Source: Bugula neritina
Lineage: Eukaryota; Animalia; Bryozoa
Length of the DNA: 64,000 nucleotides
Assembly: GCA_964035545.1 (NCBI GenBank)
Contig: CAXIUT010000183.1
Span: 1 to 64,000, forward strand
Reading direction: 5' to 3'
The notes under the pieces were generated by a model. It made no database searches, was not told where the DNA came from, and was given only the letters and a program-made list of their open reading frames with translations. Shown in pieces: positions 32,001-48,560 of this stretch. Within the stretch, counting starts at the first letter, position 1. Every line of letters begins with the position of its first letter. A program made the translations under genes and the position numbers.

Positions 32001-33330
32001 TAGAAATATATGGTAAACTACTAAAATATACTGTAACACAATGAAAAATACTGCAACATACTGAAACATAGTGCGACACATTGCAATATACTGTAACATA
32101 CTGAAACATGCTGTAGCACACTGAAATAGACTGCAGCTCACTGAAATATACTGCAACATACTGAAATACACTGCAACATCCTACAACATGCTGAAATACA
32201 CTGTAACATGTTGAAATACACTGCAACACAATGAAATATACTGCAACATACCAAAATATATAGTAAACTACTGAAATATACTTTAACACATTGAAAAATA
32301 CTGCAACATACTGAAATATACTGTAACACACTGAAATATACTGCAACATACTGAAATACACTGTAACATACTGAAATAAACTGCAACATACTGAAATACA
32401 CTGCAACATCCTACAACATACTGAATTACACTGTAACATATTGAAATACACTGCAACACATTGAAAAATACTGCAACATACCGAAATATATGGTAAACTA
32501 TTGAATTATACTGTAACACATTGAAAAATACTGAAACACACTGAAATATACTCTGACACAATGCAATATACTGTAACATACTGAAGTATGCAGTAGCACA
32601 CTGAAATACACTGCGACTCACTGAAATATACTGCAACATACTGAAAAACACTGTAACATATTGAAACATACTGCAACATACTGCAACATACTGAAATACA
32701 CTGTAACATACTGAAATACATTGCAAAATACTACAACATATTGAAATACACTGCAACACATTGAAATATACTGCAACATACCTAAATATCCGGTAATATA
32801 CTGAAATATACTGTAACACATTGAAAAATACTGCAACATACTGAAATTCACTGCAACCCACTGAAATACATCGCAAAAGACTACAACATACTGAAATACA
32901 CTGTAACATATTGAAATACACTGCAACACATTGAAATATACCTCACCATACCTAAATATACGGTAATATACTGAAATATACTGTAACACATTGAAAAATA
33001 CTGCAAGATACTGAAATATACTGTGACACATTGCAATATACTGTAACATACTGAAATATGCTCAATCACACTGAAACACACTGCACCTCACTGAAATATA
33101 CTGCAACATACTGAAATACACTGCAACATCCTACAACATACTGAAATACACTGCAGCATATTGAAAGACACTGCTAGATAATGAAATATACTGCGACACA
33201 ATGCAATATACTGTAACATACTGAGATATGCTGTAGCACACTGAAATACACTGCAACACACTATAATACACTGCAAAATACTACAACATACTGAATTACA
33301 CTGCAATATATTGAAATACAATGCAACACA
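15730..33330. repeat. 9,426-bp higher-order duplication
   Basis: Constant +9426 offset: 15733/25159, 16111/25537, 16626/26052, 18300/27726, 20286/29712, 21907/31333, 23662/33088. One internal module differs (~19.45-19.67 kb vs ~28.88-29.10 kb). Confidence 0.88.
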
Positions 33331-36300
33331 TTGAACTATACTGCAACATACCTAAATATACGGAAATATACTGAAATACACTGCAACATCCTACAACATG
33401 CTGAAATACACTGTAACGTATTGAAATACACTGCAACAAACTACAACATATTGAAATACACTGCAACGCATTGAAAGACACTGCAACACATTGAAATATA
33501 CTGCAACATACCAAAATATATGGTAAACTGCTGAAATATACTTTAACACATTGGAAAATACTGCAACATACTGAAATATACTGTAACACACTGAAATATA
33601 CTGCAACATACTGAAATACACTGCTAGATACCGAAATACACTGCAACATACTGCAACATTCTGAAATACACTGCAACATACCTAAATATACGGTAATATA
33701 CCGAAAAAAAAACTGTAACAGATGGAAAAATTCTGCAACATACTGAAACAAACTGCAACACACTGAAATACACCGCAAAATATTACAACATACTGAAATA
33801 CACTGTAACATATTGAAATACACTGCAACACTTTGAAATATACTGCAACATACCGAAATATATGGTAAACTACTAAAATATACTGTAACACTTTAAAAAA
33901 TAGTGCAACATACTGAAATATACTGCGACACTTTGCAATGTACTGTAACATACTGAAATATACTGTAACACACTGAAATATACTGCAACATACTGAAATA
34001 CACTGTAACATACTGAAATAAACTGCAACATACCAAAATATATGGTAAACTACTGAAATATACTTTAACACATTGAAAAATACTGCAACATACTAAAATA
34101 TACTGTAACACACTGCAAGATACTGCATTATACTGACATACACTGGAACATATTGAAATACACTGCAACATCCTACAACATGCTGAAATACACTGTAACA
34201 TGTTGAAATACACTGCAACACAATGAAATATACTGCAACATACCAAAATATATGGTAAACTACTGAAATATACTTTAACACATTGAAAAATACTGCAACA
34301 TACTGAAATATACTGTAACACACTGAAATATACTGCAACATACTGAAATACACTGTAACATACTGAAATATACTGCAACATACTGAAACACACTGTAACA
34401 TACTGAAATACACTGCAACATACTACAACATACTGAAATACACTGCAACAAATTGAAATATACTGAAACATACCTAAATATACGGTAATAAACCGAAATA
34501 CACTGCAACCCATTGAAATATACTGCAACCTACTGAAATATATGGTAAACTACTGAAATATACTGCGACACATTGCAATATACTGTAACATACTGAAACA
34601 TGCTGTGGCACACTAAAATAGACTGCAGCTCACTGAAATATACTGCAACATACTAAAATTCACTGCAGCATCCTACAACATGCTGAAATACACTGTAACA
34701 TATTGAATTACACTGCAACACATTGAAATATACTGCAATATACCGAAATATATGGTAAACTATTGAAACATACTGTAACACATTGAAAAATACTGCAAGA
34801 TACTGAAATATACTGCAACACAATGCAATATACTGTAACATACTGAGATACACTGTAACATTCTACAACATACTGAAATACACAGTATTATATTGAAATA
34901 CACTGCAACACATTGAAATATACTGCAACATACCTAAATATACGGTAATTTACTGAAATATACTGTAACACATTGAAAAATACTGCAAGAAACTGAAATA
35001 TACTGCGACACATTGAAAAATACTGCAACATACTGAAATACACTGCAACACACTGAAATACTTTGCAAAATACTACAACTTACTGAAATACACTGTAACA
35101 TTATGAAACACACTGCAACACATTGAAATATACTGCAATGTACCGAAATATATAGTAAACTACTCAATTATACTGTAACATACTGAGATATGCTGTAGCA
35201 CACTGAAATACACTGCAACTCACTGAAATAAACTGCAACATACTGAAATACACTGCAACATCCTACAACATACTGAAATACACTGTAACATATTGAAATA
35301 CACTGCAACACATTGAAATATACTGCGATATACCTCAACATACGGTAGTACACAATGAAATATACTGCAACATACCGGAATATATGGTAAACTACTGAAA
35401 TATACTGTAACACATTGAAAAATACTGCAACATACTGAAATATACTGCGACAAAATGCAATATACTGTAACATACTGAGATATGCTGTAACACACTGAAA
35501 CACACTGCAACTCACTGAAAAATACTGAAATATACTGCAACACATTGCAATATACCGTAACATACTGAAGTATGCTGTAGCAGACTGAACTACGCTGCAA
35601 CTCACTGAAATACACTGCAACATACTGAAATAAACTGTAGCATATTGAAACATACCGCAACATACTGCAACATACTGAAATACACTGTAACATACTGGAC
35701 TACACTGCAAAATACTACAACATATTGAAATACACTGCAACACATTGAAATATACTGCAACATACCTAAATATACGGTAATATACCGCAAAATACTGTAA
35801 CACATTGAAAAATACTGTAACATACTGAAATATACTGCGACACATTGCAATATACTGTAACATACTGAAACATGCTGTGGCACACTAAAATAGACTGCAG
35901 CTCACTGAAATATACTGCAACATACTAAAATTCACTGCAGCATCCTACAACATGCTGAAATACACTGTAACATATTGAATTACACTGCAACACATTGAAA
36001 TATACTGCAATATACCGAAATATATGGTAAACTATTGAAACATACTGTAACACATTGAAAAATACTGCAAGATACTGAAATATACTGCGACACAATGCAA
36101 TATACTGTAACATACTGAGATACACTGTAACATTCTACAACATACTGAAATACACAGTATTATATTGAAATACACTGCAACACATTGAAATATACTGCAA
36201 CATACCTAAATATACGGTAATTTACTGAAATATACTGTAACACATTGAAAAATACTGCAAGAAACTGAAATATACTGCGACACATTGAAAAATACTGCAA

Positions 36301-39300
36301 CATACTGAAATACACTGCAACACACTGAAATACTTTGCAAAATACTACAACTTACTGAAATACACTGTAACATTATGAAACACACTGCAACACATTGAAA
36401 TATACTGCAATGTACCGAAATATATAGTAAACTACTCAATTATACTGTAACATACTGAGATATGCTGTAGCACACTGAAATACACTGCAACTCACTGAAA
36501 TAAACTGCAACATACTGAAATACACTGCAACATCCAACAACATACTGAAATACACTGTAACATATTGAAATACACTGCAACACATTGAAATATACTGCGA
36601 TATACCTCAACATACGGTAGTACACAATGAAATATACTGCAACATACCGGAATATATGGTAAACTACTGAAATATACTGTAACACATTGAAAAATACTGC
36701 AACATACTGAAATATACTGCGACAAAATGCAATATACTGTAACATACTGAGATATGCTGTAACACACTGAAACACACTGCAACTCACTGAAAGATACTGA
36801 AATATACTGCGACACATTGCAATATACCGTAACATACTGAAGTATGCTGTAGCAGACTGAACTACACTGCAACTCACTGAAATACACTGCAACATACTGA
36901 AATAAACTGTAACATATTGAAACATACCGCAACATACTGCAACATACTGAAATACACTGTAACATACTGGACTACACTGCAAAATACTACAACATATTGA
37001 AATACACTGCAACACATTGAAAAATACTGCAACATACCGAAATATATGGTAAACTATTGAATTATACTGTAACACATTGAAAAATACTGAAACACACTGA
37101 AATATACTCTGACACAATGCAATATACTGTAACATACTGAAATATGCTGTAGCACACTGAAATACACTGCGACTCACTGAAATATACTGCAACATACTGA
37201 AAAACACTGTAACATATTGAAACATACTGCAACATACTGCAACATACTGAAATACACTGTAACATACTGAAATACATTGCAAAATACTACAACATATTGA
37301 AATACACTGCAACACATTGAAATATACTGCAACATACCTAAATATCCGGTAATATACTGAAATATACTGTAACACATTGAAAAATACTGCAACATACTGA
37401 TATACACTGCAACCCACTGAAATACATCGCAAAAGACTACAACATACTGAAATACACTGTAACATAGTGAAATACACTGCAACACATTGAAATATACCGC
37501 AACATACCTAAATATACGGTAATATACTGAAATATACTGTAACACATTGAAAAATACTGCAAGATACTGAAATATACTGTGACACATTGCAATATACTGT
37601 AACATACTGAAATATGCTCAATCACACTGAAATACACTGCACCTCACTGAAATATACTGCAACATACTGAAATACACTGCAACATCCTACAACATACTGA
37701 ATTACACTGCAGCATATTGAAAGACACTGCTAGGTAATGAAATATACTGCAACATACCAAAATACATGGTAAACTACTGAAATATATTTTAACACATTGA
37801 AAAATACTGCAACATACTGAAATATACTGTAACACACTGAAATATACTGCAACATACTGAAATACACTGCTACATACTGAAATATACTGCAACATACTGC
37901 AACATACTGAAATACACTGTAACATACTGAATACACTGCAACAAAATACAACATATTGAAATACACTGCAACACATTGAAATATACTGCAACATCCCTAA
38001 ATATACGGTAATATAGCTGAAAAAAAACTGTAACAGATTGAAAAAATCTGCAACATACTGAAATATACTGCGACACATTGCAATATACTGTAACAAACCG
38101 AAATATGCTCTAGCACACTGAAATACACTGCAACCCATTGAAATATACTGCAACATACTGAAATACACTGCAACACATTGAAATACACTGCAACATACCA
38201 AAATAAATAGTAAACTACTGAAATATACTTTAACACATTGAAAAAAACTGCAACATACTGAAATATACTGTAACACACTGAAATATACTGCAACATACTG
38301 AAATACACTGTATCATACTGAAATAAACTGCAACATACTGAAATACACTGCAACATCCTACAACATACTGAAATACACTGTAACATATTGAAATACAGTG
38401 CAACACATTGAACTATACTGCGACATACCGAAATATATGGTAAACTAGTGAAATATACTTCAACAGATTGAAAAATACTGCAACATACTGAAATATACTG
38501 TAACACACTGAAATATACTGCAACATACTGAAATACACTGTAACATACTGAAATAAACTGCAACATACTGAAATACACTGCTACATACTGAAATATACTG
38601 CAACATACTGCAACATACTGCAACATACTGAAATACACTGTAACATACTGAAATACACTGCAACAAACTACAACATATTGAAATACACTGCAACACATTG
38701 AAATATACTGCAACATACCTAAATATATGGTAATATACCGAAAAAAAAACTGTAACAGATTGAAAAATTCTGCAACACACTGAAATAAACTGCAACACAC
38801 TGAAATACAGCGCAAAATACTACATTATACTGAAATACACTGTAACATATTGCAATACACTGCAACACTTTGAAATATACTGCAACATACCGAAATATAT
38901 GGTAAACTACAAAAATATACTGTAACACTTTGAAAAATAGTGCAACACACTGAAATATACTCTGACACATTGCAATATACTGTAACATACTGAAATATGC
39001 TGTAGCACACTGAAATACACTGCAACTCACTGAAATATACTGCAACATACTGAAATACACTGTAACATATTGAAACATACTGCAACATACTGCAACATAC
39101 TGAAATACACTGTAACATACTGAAATACATTGCAAAATACTACAACATATTGAAATACACTGTAACACATTGAAATATACTACAACATACCTAAATATCC
39201 GGTAATATACTGAAATATACTGTAACACATTGAAAAATACTGCAACATACTGAAATACACTGCAACCCACTGAAATACATCGCAAAATACTACAACATAC

Positions 39301-42300
39301 TGAAATACACTGTAACATATTGAAATACACTGCAACACATTGAAATATACTGCAACCTACAGAAATATATGGTAAACTACTGAAATATACTGTAACACAT
39401 TGAAAAATACTGCAACACACTGAAACATACTGCGACACATTGCAATATACTGTTACATACTGAAACATACTGTAGCACACTGAAATAGACTGCAGCTCAC
39501 TGAAATATACTGCATTATACTGAAATTCACTGCAGCATCCTACAACATACTGAAATACACTGTAACATATTGAAATACGCTGCAACACTTTGAAATATAC
39601 TGCAACATACCGAAATATATGGTAAACTACTAAAATATACTGTAACACTCTGAAAAATAGTGCAACATACTGAAATATACTGCGACACTTTGCAATGTAC
39701 TGTAACATACTGAAATATACTGTAACACACTGAAATATACTGCAACATACTGAAATACACTGTAACATACTGAAATAAACTGCAACATACCAAAATATAT
39801 GGTAAACTACTGAAATATACTTTAACACATTGAAAAATACCGCAACATACTAAAGTATACTGTAACACACTGCAAGATACTGCAACATACCGAAATACAC
39901 TGTAACATACTGAAACACACTGCAACATACTGCATTATACTGACATACACTGGAACATATTGAAATACACTGCAACATCCTACAACATGCTGAAATACAC
40001 TGTAACATATTGAAATACACTGCAACACAATGAAATATACTGCAACATACCAAAATATATGGTAAACTACTGAAATATACTTTAACACATTGAAAAATAC
40101 TGCAACATACTGAAATATACTGTAACACACTGAAATATACTGCAACATACTGAAATACACTGTAACATACTGAAATAAACTGCAACATACTGAAATACAC
40201 TGCAACATCCTACACCATACTGAATTACACTGTAACATATTGAAATACACTGCAACACATTGAAAAATACTGCAACATACCGAAATATATGGTAAACTAT
40301 TGAATTATACTGTAACACATTGAAAAATAGTGAAACACACTGAAATATACTCTGACACAATGCAATATACTGTAACATACTGAAATATGCTGTAGCACAC
40401 TGAAATACACTGCGACTCACTGAAATATACTGCAACATACTGAAAAACACTGTAACATATTGAAACATACTGCAACATACTGCAACATACTGAAATACAC
40501 TGTAACATACTGAAATAAATTGCAAAATACTACAACATATTGAAATACACTGCAACACATTGAAATATACTGCAACATACCTAAATATCTGGTAATATAC
40601 TGAAATATACTGTAACACATTGAAAAATGCTGCAACATACTGAAATACACTGCAACCCACTGAAATACATCGCAAAAGACTACAACATACTGAAATACAC
40701 TGTAACATATTGAAATACACTCCAACAAATTCAAATATACTGCAACCTATAGAAATATATGGTAAACTACTAAAATATACTGTAACACAATGAAAAATAC
40801 TGCAACATACTGAAACATAGTGCGACACATTGCAATATATTGTAACATACTGAAACATGCTGTAGCACACTGAAATAGACTGCAGCTCACTGAAATATAC
40901 TGCAACATACTGAAATACACTGCAACATCCTACAACATGCTGAAATACACTGTAACATGTTGAAATACACTGCAACACAATGAAATATACTGCAACATAC
41001 CAAAATATATAGTAAACTACTGAAATATACTTTAACACATTGAAAAATACTGCAACATACTGAAATATACTGTAACACACTGAAATATACTGCAACATAC
41101 TGAAATACACTGTAACATACTGAAATAAACTGCAACATACTGAAATACACTGCAACATCCTACAACATACTGAATTACACTGTAACATATTGAAATACAC
41201 TGCAACACATTGAAAAATACTGCAACATACCGAAATATATGGTAAACTATTGAATTATACTGTAACACATTGAAAAATACTGAAACACACTGAAATATAC
41301 TCTGACACAATGCAATATACTGTAACATACTGAAGTATGCAGTAGCACACTGAAATACACTGCGACTCACTGAAATATACTGCAACATACTGAAAAACAC
41401 TGTAACATACTGAAACATACTGCAACATACTGCAACATACTGAAATACACTGTAACATACTGAAATACATTGCAAAATACTACAACATATTGAAATACAC
41501 TGCAACACATTGAAATATACTGCAACATACCTAAATATCCGGTAATATACTGAAATATACTGTAACACATTGAAAAATACTGCAACATACTGAAATACAC
41601 TGCAACCCACTGAAATACATCGCAAAAGACTACAACATACTGAAATACACTGTAACATATTGAAATACACTGCAACACATTGAAATATACCGCACCATAC
41701 CTAAATATACGGTAATATACTGAAATATACTGTAACACATTGAAAAATACTGCAAGATACTGAAATATACTGTGACACATTGCAATATACTGTAACATAC
41801 TGAAATATGCTCAATCACACTGAAATACACTGCACCTCACTGAAATATACTGCAACATACTGAAATACACTGCAACATCCTACAACATACTGAAATACAC
41901 TGCAGCATATTGAAAGACACTGCTAGATAATGAAATATACTGCGACACAATGCAATATACTGTAACATACTGAGATATGCTGTAGCACACTGAAATACAC
42001 TGCAACACACTATAATACACTGCAAAATACTACAACATACTGAATTACACTGCAATATATTGAAATACAATGCAACACATTGAACTATACTGCAACATAC
42101 CTAAATATACGGAAATATACTGAAATACACTGCAACATCCTACAACATGCTGAAATACACTGTAACGTATTGAAATACACTGCAACAAACTACAACATAT
42201 TGAAATACACTGCAACGCATTGAAAGACACTGCAACACATTGAAATATACTGCAACATACCAAAATATATGGTAAACTGCTGAAATATACTTTAACACAT

Positions 42301-42570
42301 TGGAAAATACTGCAACATACTGAAATATACTGTAACACACTGAAATATACTGCAACATACTGAAATACACTGCTAGATACCGAAATACACTGCAACATAC
42401 TGCAACATTCTGAAATACACTGCAACATACCGAAATATACGGTAATATACCGAAAAAAAAACTGTAACAGATGGAAAAATTCTGCAACATACTGAAATAA
42501 ACTGCAACACACTGAAATACACCGCAAAATATTACAACATACTGAAATACACTGTAACATATTGAAATAC
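28260..42570. repeat. Partial further copy of the large higher-order repeat at +8,748/8,749 bp
   Basis: Offsets 28314/37062 and 28896/37644 (8748); 31333/40082, 33088/41837 and 33296/42045 (8749). The 1-bp change maps to an A8 vs A9 tract (~29993 vs ~38741). Confidence 0.82.
34552..37016. repeat. 1,272-bp local tandem duplication
   Basis: Marker ORFs at +1272: 34653/35925, 34934/36206, 35168/36440, 35220/36492. Confidence 0.85.
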
Positions 42571-45500
42571 ACTGCAACACATTGAAATATACTGCAACCT
42601 ACAGAAATATATGGTAAACTATTGAATTATACTGTAACACATTGAAAAATACTGAAACACACTGAAATATACTCTGACACAATGCAATATACTGTAACAT
42701 ACTGAAGTATGCAGTAGCACACTGAAATACACTGCGACTCACTGAAATATACTGCAACATACTGAAAAACACTGTAACATATTGAAACATACTGCAACAT
42801 ACTGCAACATACTGAAATACACTGTAACATACTGAAATACATTGCAAAATACTACAACATATTGAAATACACTGCAACACATTGAAATATACTGCAACAT
42901 ACCTAAATATCCGGTAATATACTGAAATATACTGTAACACATTGAAAAATACTGCAACATACTGAAATACACTGCAACCCACTGAAATACATCGCAAAAG
43001 ACTACAACATACTGAAATACACTGTAACATATTGAAATACACTGCAACACATTGAAATATACCGCACCATACCTAAATATACGGAAATATACTGAAATAT
43101 ACTGTAACACACTGAAAAATACTGCAACATACTGAAATACACTGCAACCCACTGAAATACATCGCAAAATACTACAACATATTGAAATACACTGTAACAC
43201 ATTGAAATATACTACAACATACCTAAATATCCGGTAATATACTGAAATATACTGTAACACATTGAAAAATACTGCAACATACTGAAATACACTGCAACCC
43301 ACTGAAATACATCGCAAAATACTACAACATACTGAAATACACTGTAACATATTGAAATACACTGCAACACATTGAAATATACTGCAACCTACAGAAATAT
43401 ATGGTAAACTACTGAAATATACTGTAACACATTGAAAAATACTGCAACACACTGAAACGTACTGCGACACATTGCAATATACTGTAACATACTGAAACAT
43501 ACTGTAGCACACTGAAATAGACTGCAGCTCACTGAAATATACTGCATTATACTGAAATTCACTGCAACATCCTACAACATGCTGAAATACACTGTAACAT
43601 ATTGAAATACACTGCAACAAACTACAACATATTGAAATACACTGCAACGCATTGAAAGACACTGCAACACATTGAAATATACTGCAACATACCAAAATAT
43701 ATGGTAAACTGCTGAAATATACTTTAACACATTGGAAAATACTGCAACATACTGAAATATACTGTAACACACTGAAATATACTGCAACATACTGAAATAC
43801 ACTGCTAGATACCGAAATACACTGCAACATACTGCAACATTCTGAAATACACTGCAACATACCTAAATATACGGTAATATACCGAAAAAAAAACTGTAAC
43901 ACACTGAAAAACACTGCAACATACTGAAATATACTGCAAGATACTGCAACATACCGAAATACACTGGGACATACTGAAACACACTGCAACATACTGCATT
44001 ATACTGACATACACTGGAACATATTGAAATACACTGCAACATCCTACAACATGCTGAAATACTCTGTAACATATTGAAATACACTGCAACACATTGAAAT
44101 ATACTGCCACATACCGAAATATATGGTGAACTACTGAAATATACTGTAACACATTGAAAAATACTGCAACATACTGAAATACACTGTAACATACTGAAAT
44201 AAACTGCAACATACTGAAATACACTGCAACACACTGAAATACTTCGCAAAATACTACAACTTACTGAAATACACTGTAACATATTGAAACAGACTGCAAC
44301 ACATTGAAATATACTGCAATGTACCGAAATATATGGTAAACTACTGAAATTTACCGTAACACATTGAAAAATACTGCAAGATACTGAAATAAACTTCGAC
44401 ACATTGCAATATACTGTAACATACTGAACTATGCTGTAGCACACTGAGATACACTGCAACTCACTGAAATATACTGCAACATATTGAAATACACTGCAAG
44501 ATTCTACAACATGCTGAAATACACTGTAACATATTGAAATACAGTGCAACACATTGAACTATACTGCGACATACCGAAATATATGGTAAACTAGTGAAAT
44601 ATACTTCAACACATTGAAAAATACTGCAACATACTGAAATACACTGTAACACACTGAAATATACTGCAACATACTGAAATACACTGTAACATACTGAAAT
44701 AAACTGCAACATACTGAAATACACTGCAACATCCTACAACATACTGAATTACACTGTAACATATTGAAATACACTGCAACACATTGAAAAATACTGCAAC
44801 ATACCGAAATATATGGTAAACTATTGAATTATACTGTAACACATTGAAAAATACTGAAACACACTGAAATATACTCTGACACAATGCAATATACTGTAAC
44901 ATACTGAAGTATGCAGTAGCACACTGAAATACACTGCGACTCACTGAAATATACTGCAACATACTGAAAAACACTGTAACATATTGAAACATACTGCAAC
45001 ATACTGCAACATACTGAAATACACTGTAACATACTGAAATACATTGCAAAATACTACAACATATTGAAATACACTGCAACACATTGAAATATACTGCAAC
45101 ATACCTAAATATCCGGTAATATACTGAAATATACTGTAACACATTGAAAAATACTGCAACATACTGAAATACACTGCAACCCACTGAAATACATCGCAAA
45201 AGACTACAACATACTGAAATACACTGTAACATATTGAAATACACTGCAACACATTGAAATATACCGCACCATACCTAAATATACGGTAATATACTGAAAT
45301 ATACTGTAACACATTGAAAAATACTGCAAGATACTGAAATATACTGTGACACATTGCAATATACTGTAACATACTGAAATATGCTCAATCACACTGAAAT
45401 ACACTGCACCTCACTGAAATATACTGCAACATACTGAAATACACTGCAACATCCTACAACATACTGAAATACACTGCAGCATATTGAAAGACACTGCTAG

Positions 45501-48334
45501 ATAATGAAATATACTGCGACACAATGCAATATACTGTAACATACTGAGATATGCTGTAGCACACTGAAATACACTGCAACACACTATAATACACTGCAAA
45601 ATACTACAACATACTGAATTACAGTGCAATATATTGAAATACAATGCAACACATTGAACTATACTGCAACATACCTAAATATACGGAAATATACTGAAAT
45701 ACACTGCAACATCCTACAACATGCTGAAATACACTGTAACGTATTGAAATACACTGTAACAAACTACAACATATTGAAATACACTGCAACGCATTGAAAG
45801 ACACTGCAACACATTGAAATATACTGCAACATACCAAAATATATGGTAAACTGCTGAAATATACTTTAACACATTGGAAAATACTGCAACATACTGAAAT
45901 ATACTGTAACACACTGAAATATACTGCAACATACTGAAATACACTGCTAGATACCGAAATACACTGCAACATACTGCAACATTCTGAAATACACTGCAAC
46001 ATACCTAAATATACGGTAATATACCGAAAAAAAAACTGTAACAGATGGAAAAATTCTGCAACATACTGAAATAAACTGCAACACACTGAAATACACCGCA
46101 AAATATTACAACATACTGAAACACACTGTAACATATTGAAATACACTGCAACACTTTGAAATATACTGCAACATACCGAAATATATGGTAAACTACTAAA
46201 ATATACTGTAACACTTTGAAAAATAGTGCAACATACTGAAATATACTGCGACACTTTGCAATGTACTGTAACATACTGAAATATACTGTAACACACCGAA
46301 GTATACTGCAACATACTGAAATACACTGTAACATACTGAAATAAACTGCAACATACCAAAATATATGGTAAACTACTGAAATATACTTTAACACATTGAA
46401 AAATACTGCAACATACTAAAATATACTGTAACACACTGCAAGATACTGCATTATACTGACATACACTGGAACATATTGAAATACACTGCAACATCCTACA
46501 ACATGCTGAAATACACTGTAACATGTTGAAATACACTGCAACACAATGAAATATACTGCAACATACCAAAATATATGGTAAACTACTGAAATATACTTTA
46601 ACACATTGAAAAATACTGCAACATACTGAAATATACTGTAACACACTGAAATATACTGCAACATACTGAAATACACTGTAACATACTGAAATATACTGCA
46701 ACATACTGAAACACACTGTAACATACTGAAATACACTGCAACATACTACAACATACTGAAATACACTGCAACAAATTGAAATATACTGAAACATACCTAA
46801 ATATACGGTAATAAACCGAAATACACTGCAACCCATTGAAATATACTGCAACCTACTGAAATATATGGTAAACTACTGAAATATACTGCGACACATTGCA
46901 ATATACTGTAACATACTGAAACATGCTGTGGCACACTAAAATAGACTGCAGCTCACTGAAATATACTGCAACATACTAAAATTCACTGCAGCATCCTACA
47001 ACATGCTGAAATACACTGTAACATATTGAATTACACTGCAACACATTGAAATATACTGCAATATACCGAAATATATGGTAAACTATTGAAACATACTGTA
47101 ACACATTGAAAAATACTGCAAGATACTGAAATATACTGCGACACAATGCAATATACTGTAACATACTGAGATACACTGTAACATTCTACAACATACTGAA
47201 ATACACAGTATTATATTGAAATACACTGCAACACATTGAAATATACTGCAACATACCTAAATATACGGTAATTTACTGAAATATACTGTAACACATTGAA
47301 AAATACTGCAAGAAACTGAAATATACTGCGACACATTGAAAAATACTGCAACATACTGAAATACACTGCAACACACTGAAATACTTTGCAAAATACTACA
47401 ACTTACTGAAATACACTGTAACATTATGAAACACACTGCAACACATTGAAATATACTGCAATGTACCGAAATATATAGTAAACTACTCAATTATACTGTA
47501 ACATACTGAGATATGCTGTAGCACACTGAAATACACTGCAACTCACTGAAATAAACTGCAACATACTGAAATACACTGCAATATCCTACAACATACTGAA
47601 ATACACTGTAACATATTGAAATACACTGCAACACATTGAAATATACTGCGATATACCTCAACATACGAAAATACACAATGAAATATACTGCAACATACCG
47701 GAATATATGGTAAACTACTGAAATATACTGTAACACATTGAAAAATACTGCAACATACTGAAATATACTGCGACAAAATGCAATATACTGTAACATACTG
47801 AGATATGCTGTAACACACTGAAACACACTGCAACTCACTGAAAGATACTGAAATATACTGCGACACATTGCAATATACCGTAACATACTGAAGTATGCTG
47901 TAGCAGACTGAACTACACTGCAACTCACTGAAATACACTGCAACATACTGAAATAAACTGTAACATATTGAAACATACCACAACATACTGCAACATACTG
48001 AAATACACTGTAACATACTGGACTACACTGCAAAATACTACAACATATTGAAATACACTGCAACACATTGAAATATACTGCAACATACCTAAATATACGG
48101 TAATATACCGCAAAATACTGTAACACATTGAAAAATACTGTAACATACTGAAATATACTGCGACACATTGCAATATACTGTAACATACTGAAACATGCTG
48201 TAGCACACTAAAATAGACTGCAGCTCACTGAAATATACTGCAACATACTGAAATTCACTGCAGCATCCTACAACATGCTGAAATACACTGTAACATATTG
48301 AATTACACTGCAACACATTCAAATATACTGCAAT

Positions 48335-48560
48335 CACAGTTAGTTTAAGGTCATTACTTTCCAGATTCAGGCACTGCTTTACGTTATATATAAACGGTTT
48401 CCAGGGGATAGCTCGAACAGTTTTTGTCTCACACTAATAAATTTTACATGAAAAGATAGCTCTTGCATTCCTCTTTCATATACTTTTTTAATTTTTCAAT
48501 AAAAAAATTTCTGAGAAAGTTGTTGCATGATAAGTAAAATTTTACACCCTCCATGTTCCA
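48335..48560 (+). repeat. Left terminal inverted repeat (20-bp core plus ~200-bp imperfect extension)
   Basis: Core 48335-48354. Blocks shared in inverted orientation with the right end: GATAGCTCGAACAG 48407-48420, ATGAAAAGATA 48448-48458, ATATACTTTTTT 48478-48489. Confidence 0.88.

Larger units (their letters stand above)
3406..48334. repeat. Satellite B, left block: 10-bp monomers (CTGAAATAYA alternating with CTGCAACAYA/CTGTAACAYA) with multi-level higher-order structure
   Basis: The 10-bp register is visible in every line. The + strand is A/C-rich and G-poor. Diagnostic variants (tggtaaacta, cctaaatata-cggtaatata, ctgtagcaca, ctgcagctca) recur. Confidence 0.98.

Noticed and set aside
48335-48375. 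RAG recombination signal / Transib or ProtoRAG end (CACAGTT resembles the heptamer CACAGTG)
   Set aside because: No ACAAAAACC-like nonamer lies at 12 or 23 bp on either end, and the duplication is 2 bp rather than the 5 bp typical of Transib/RAG.
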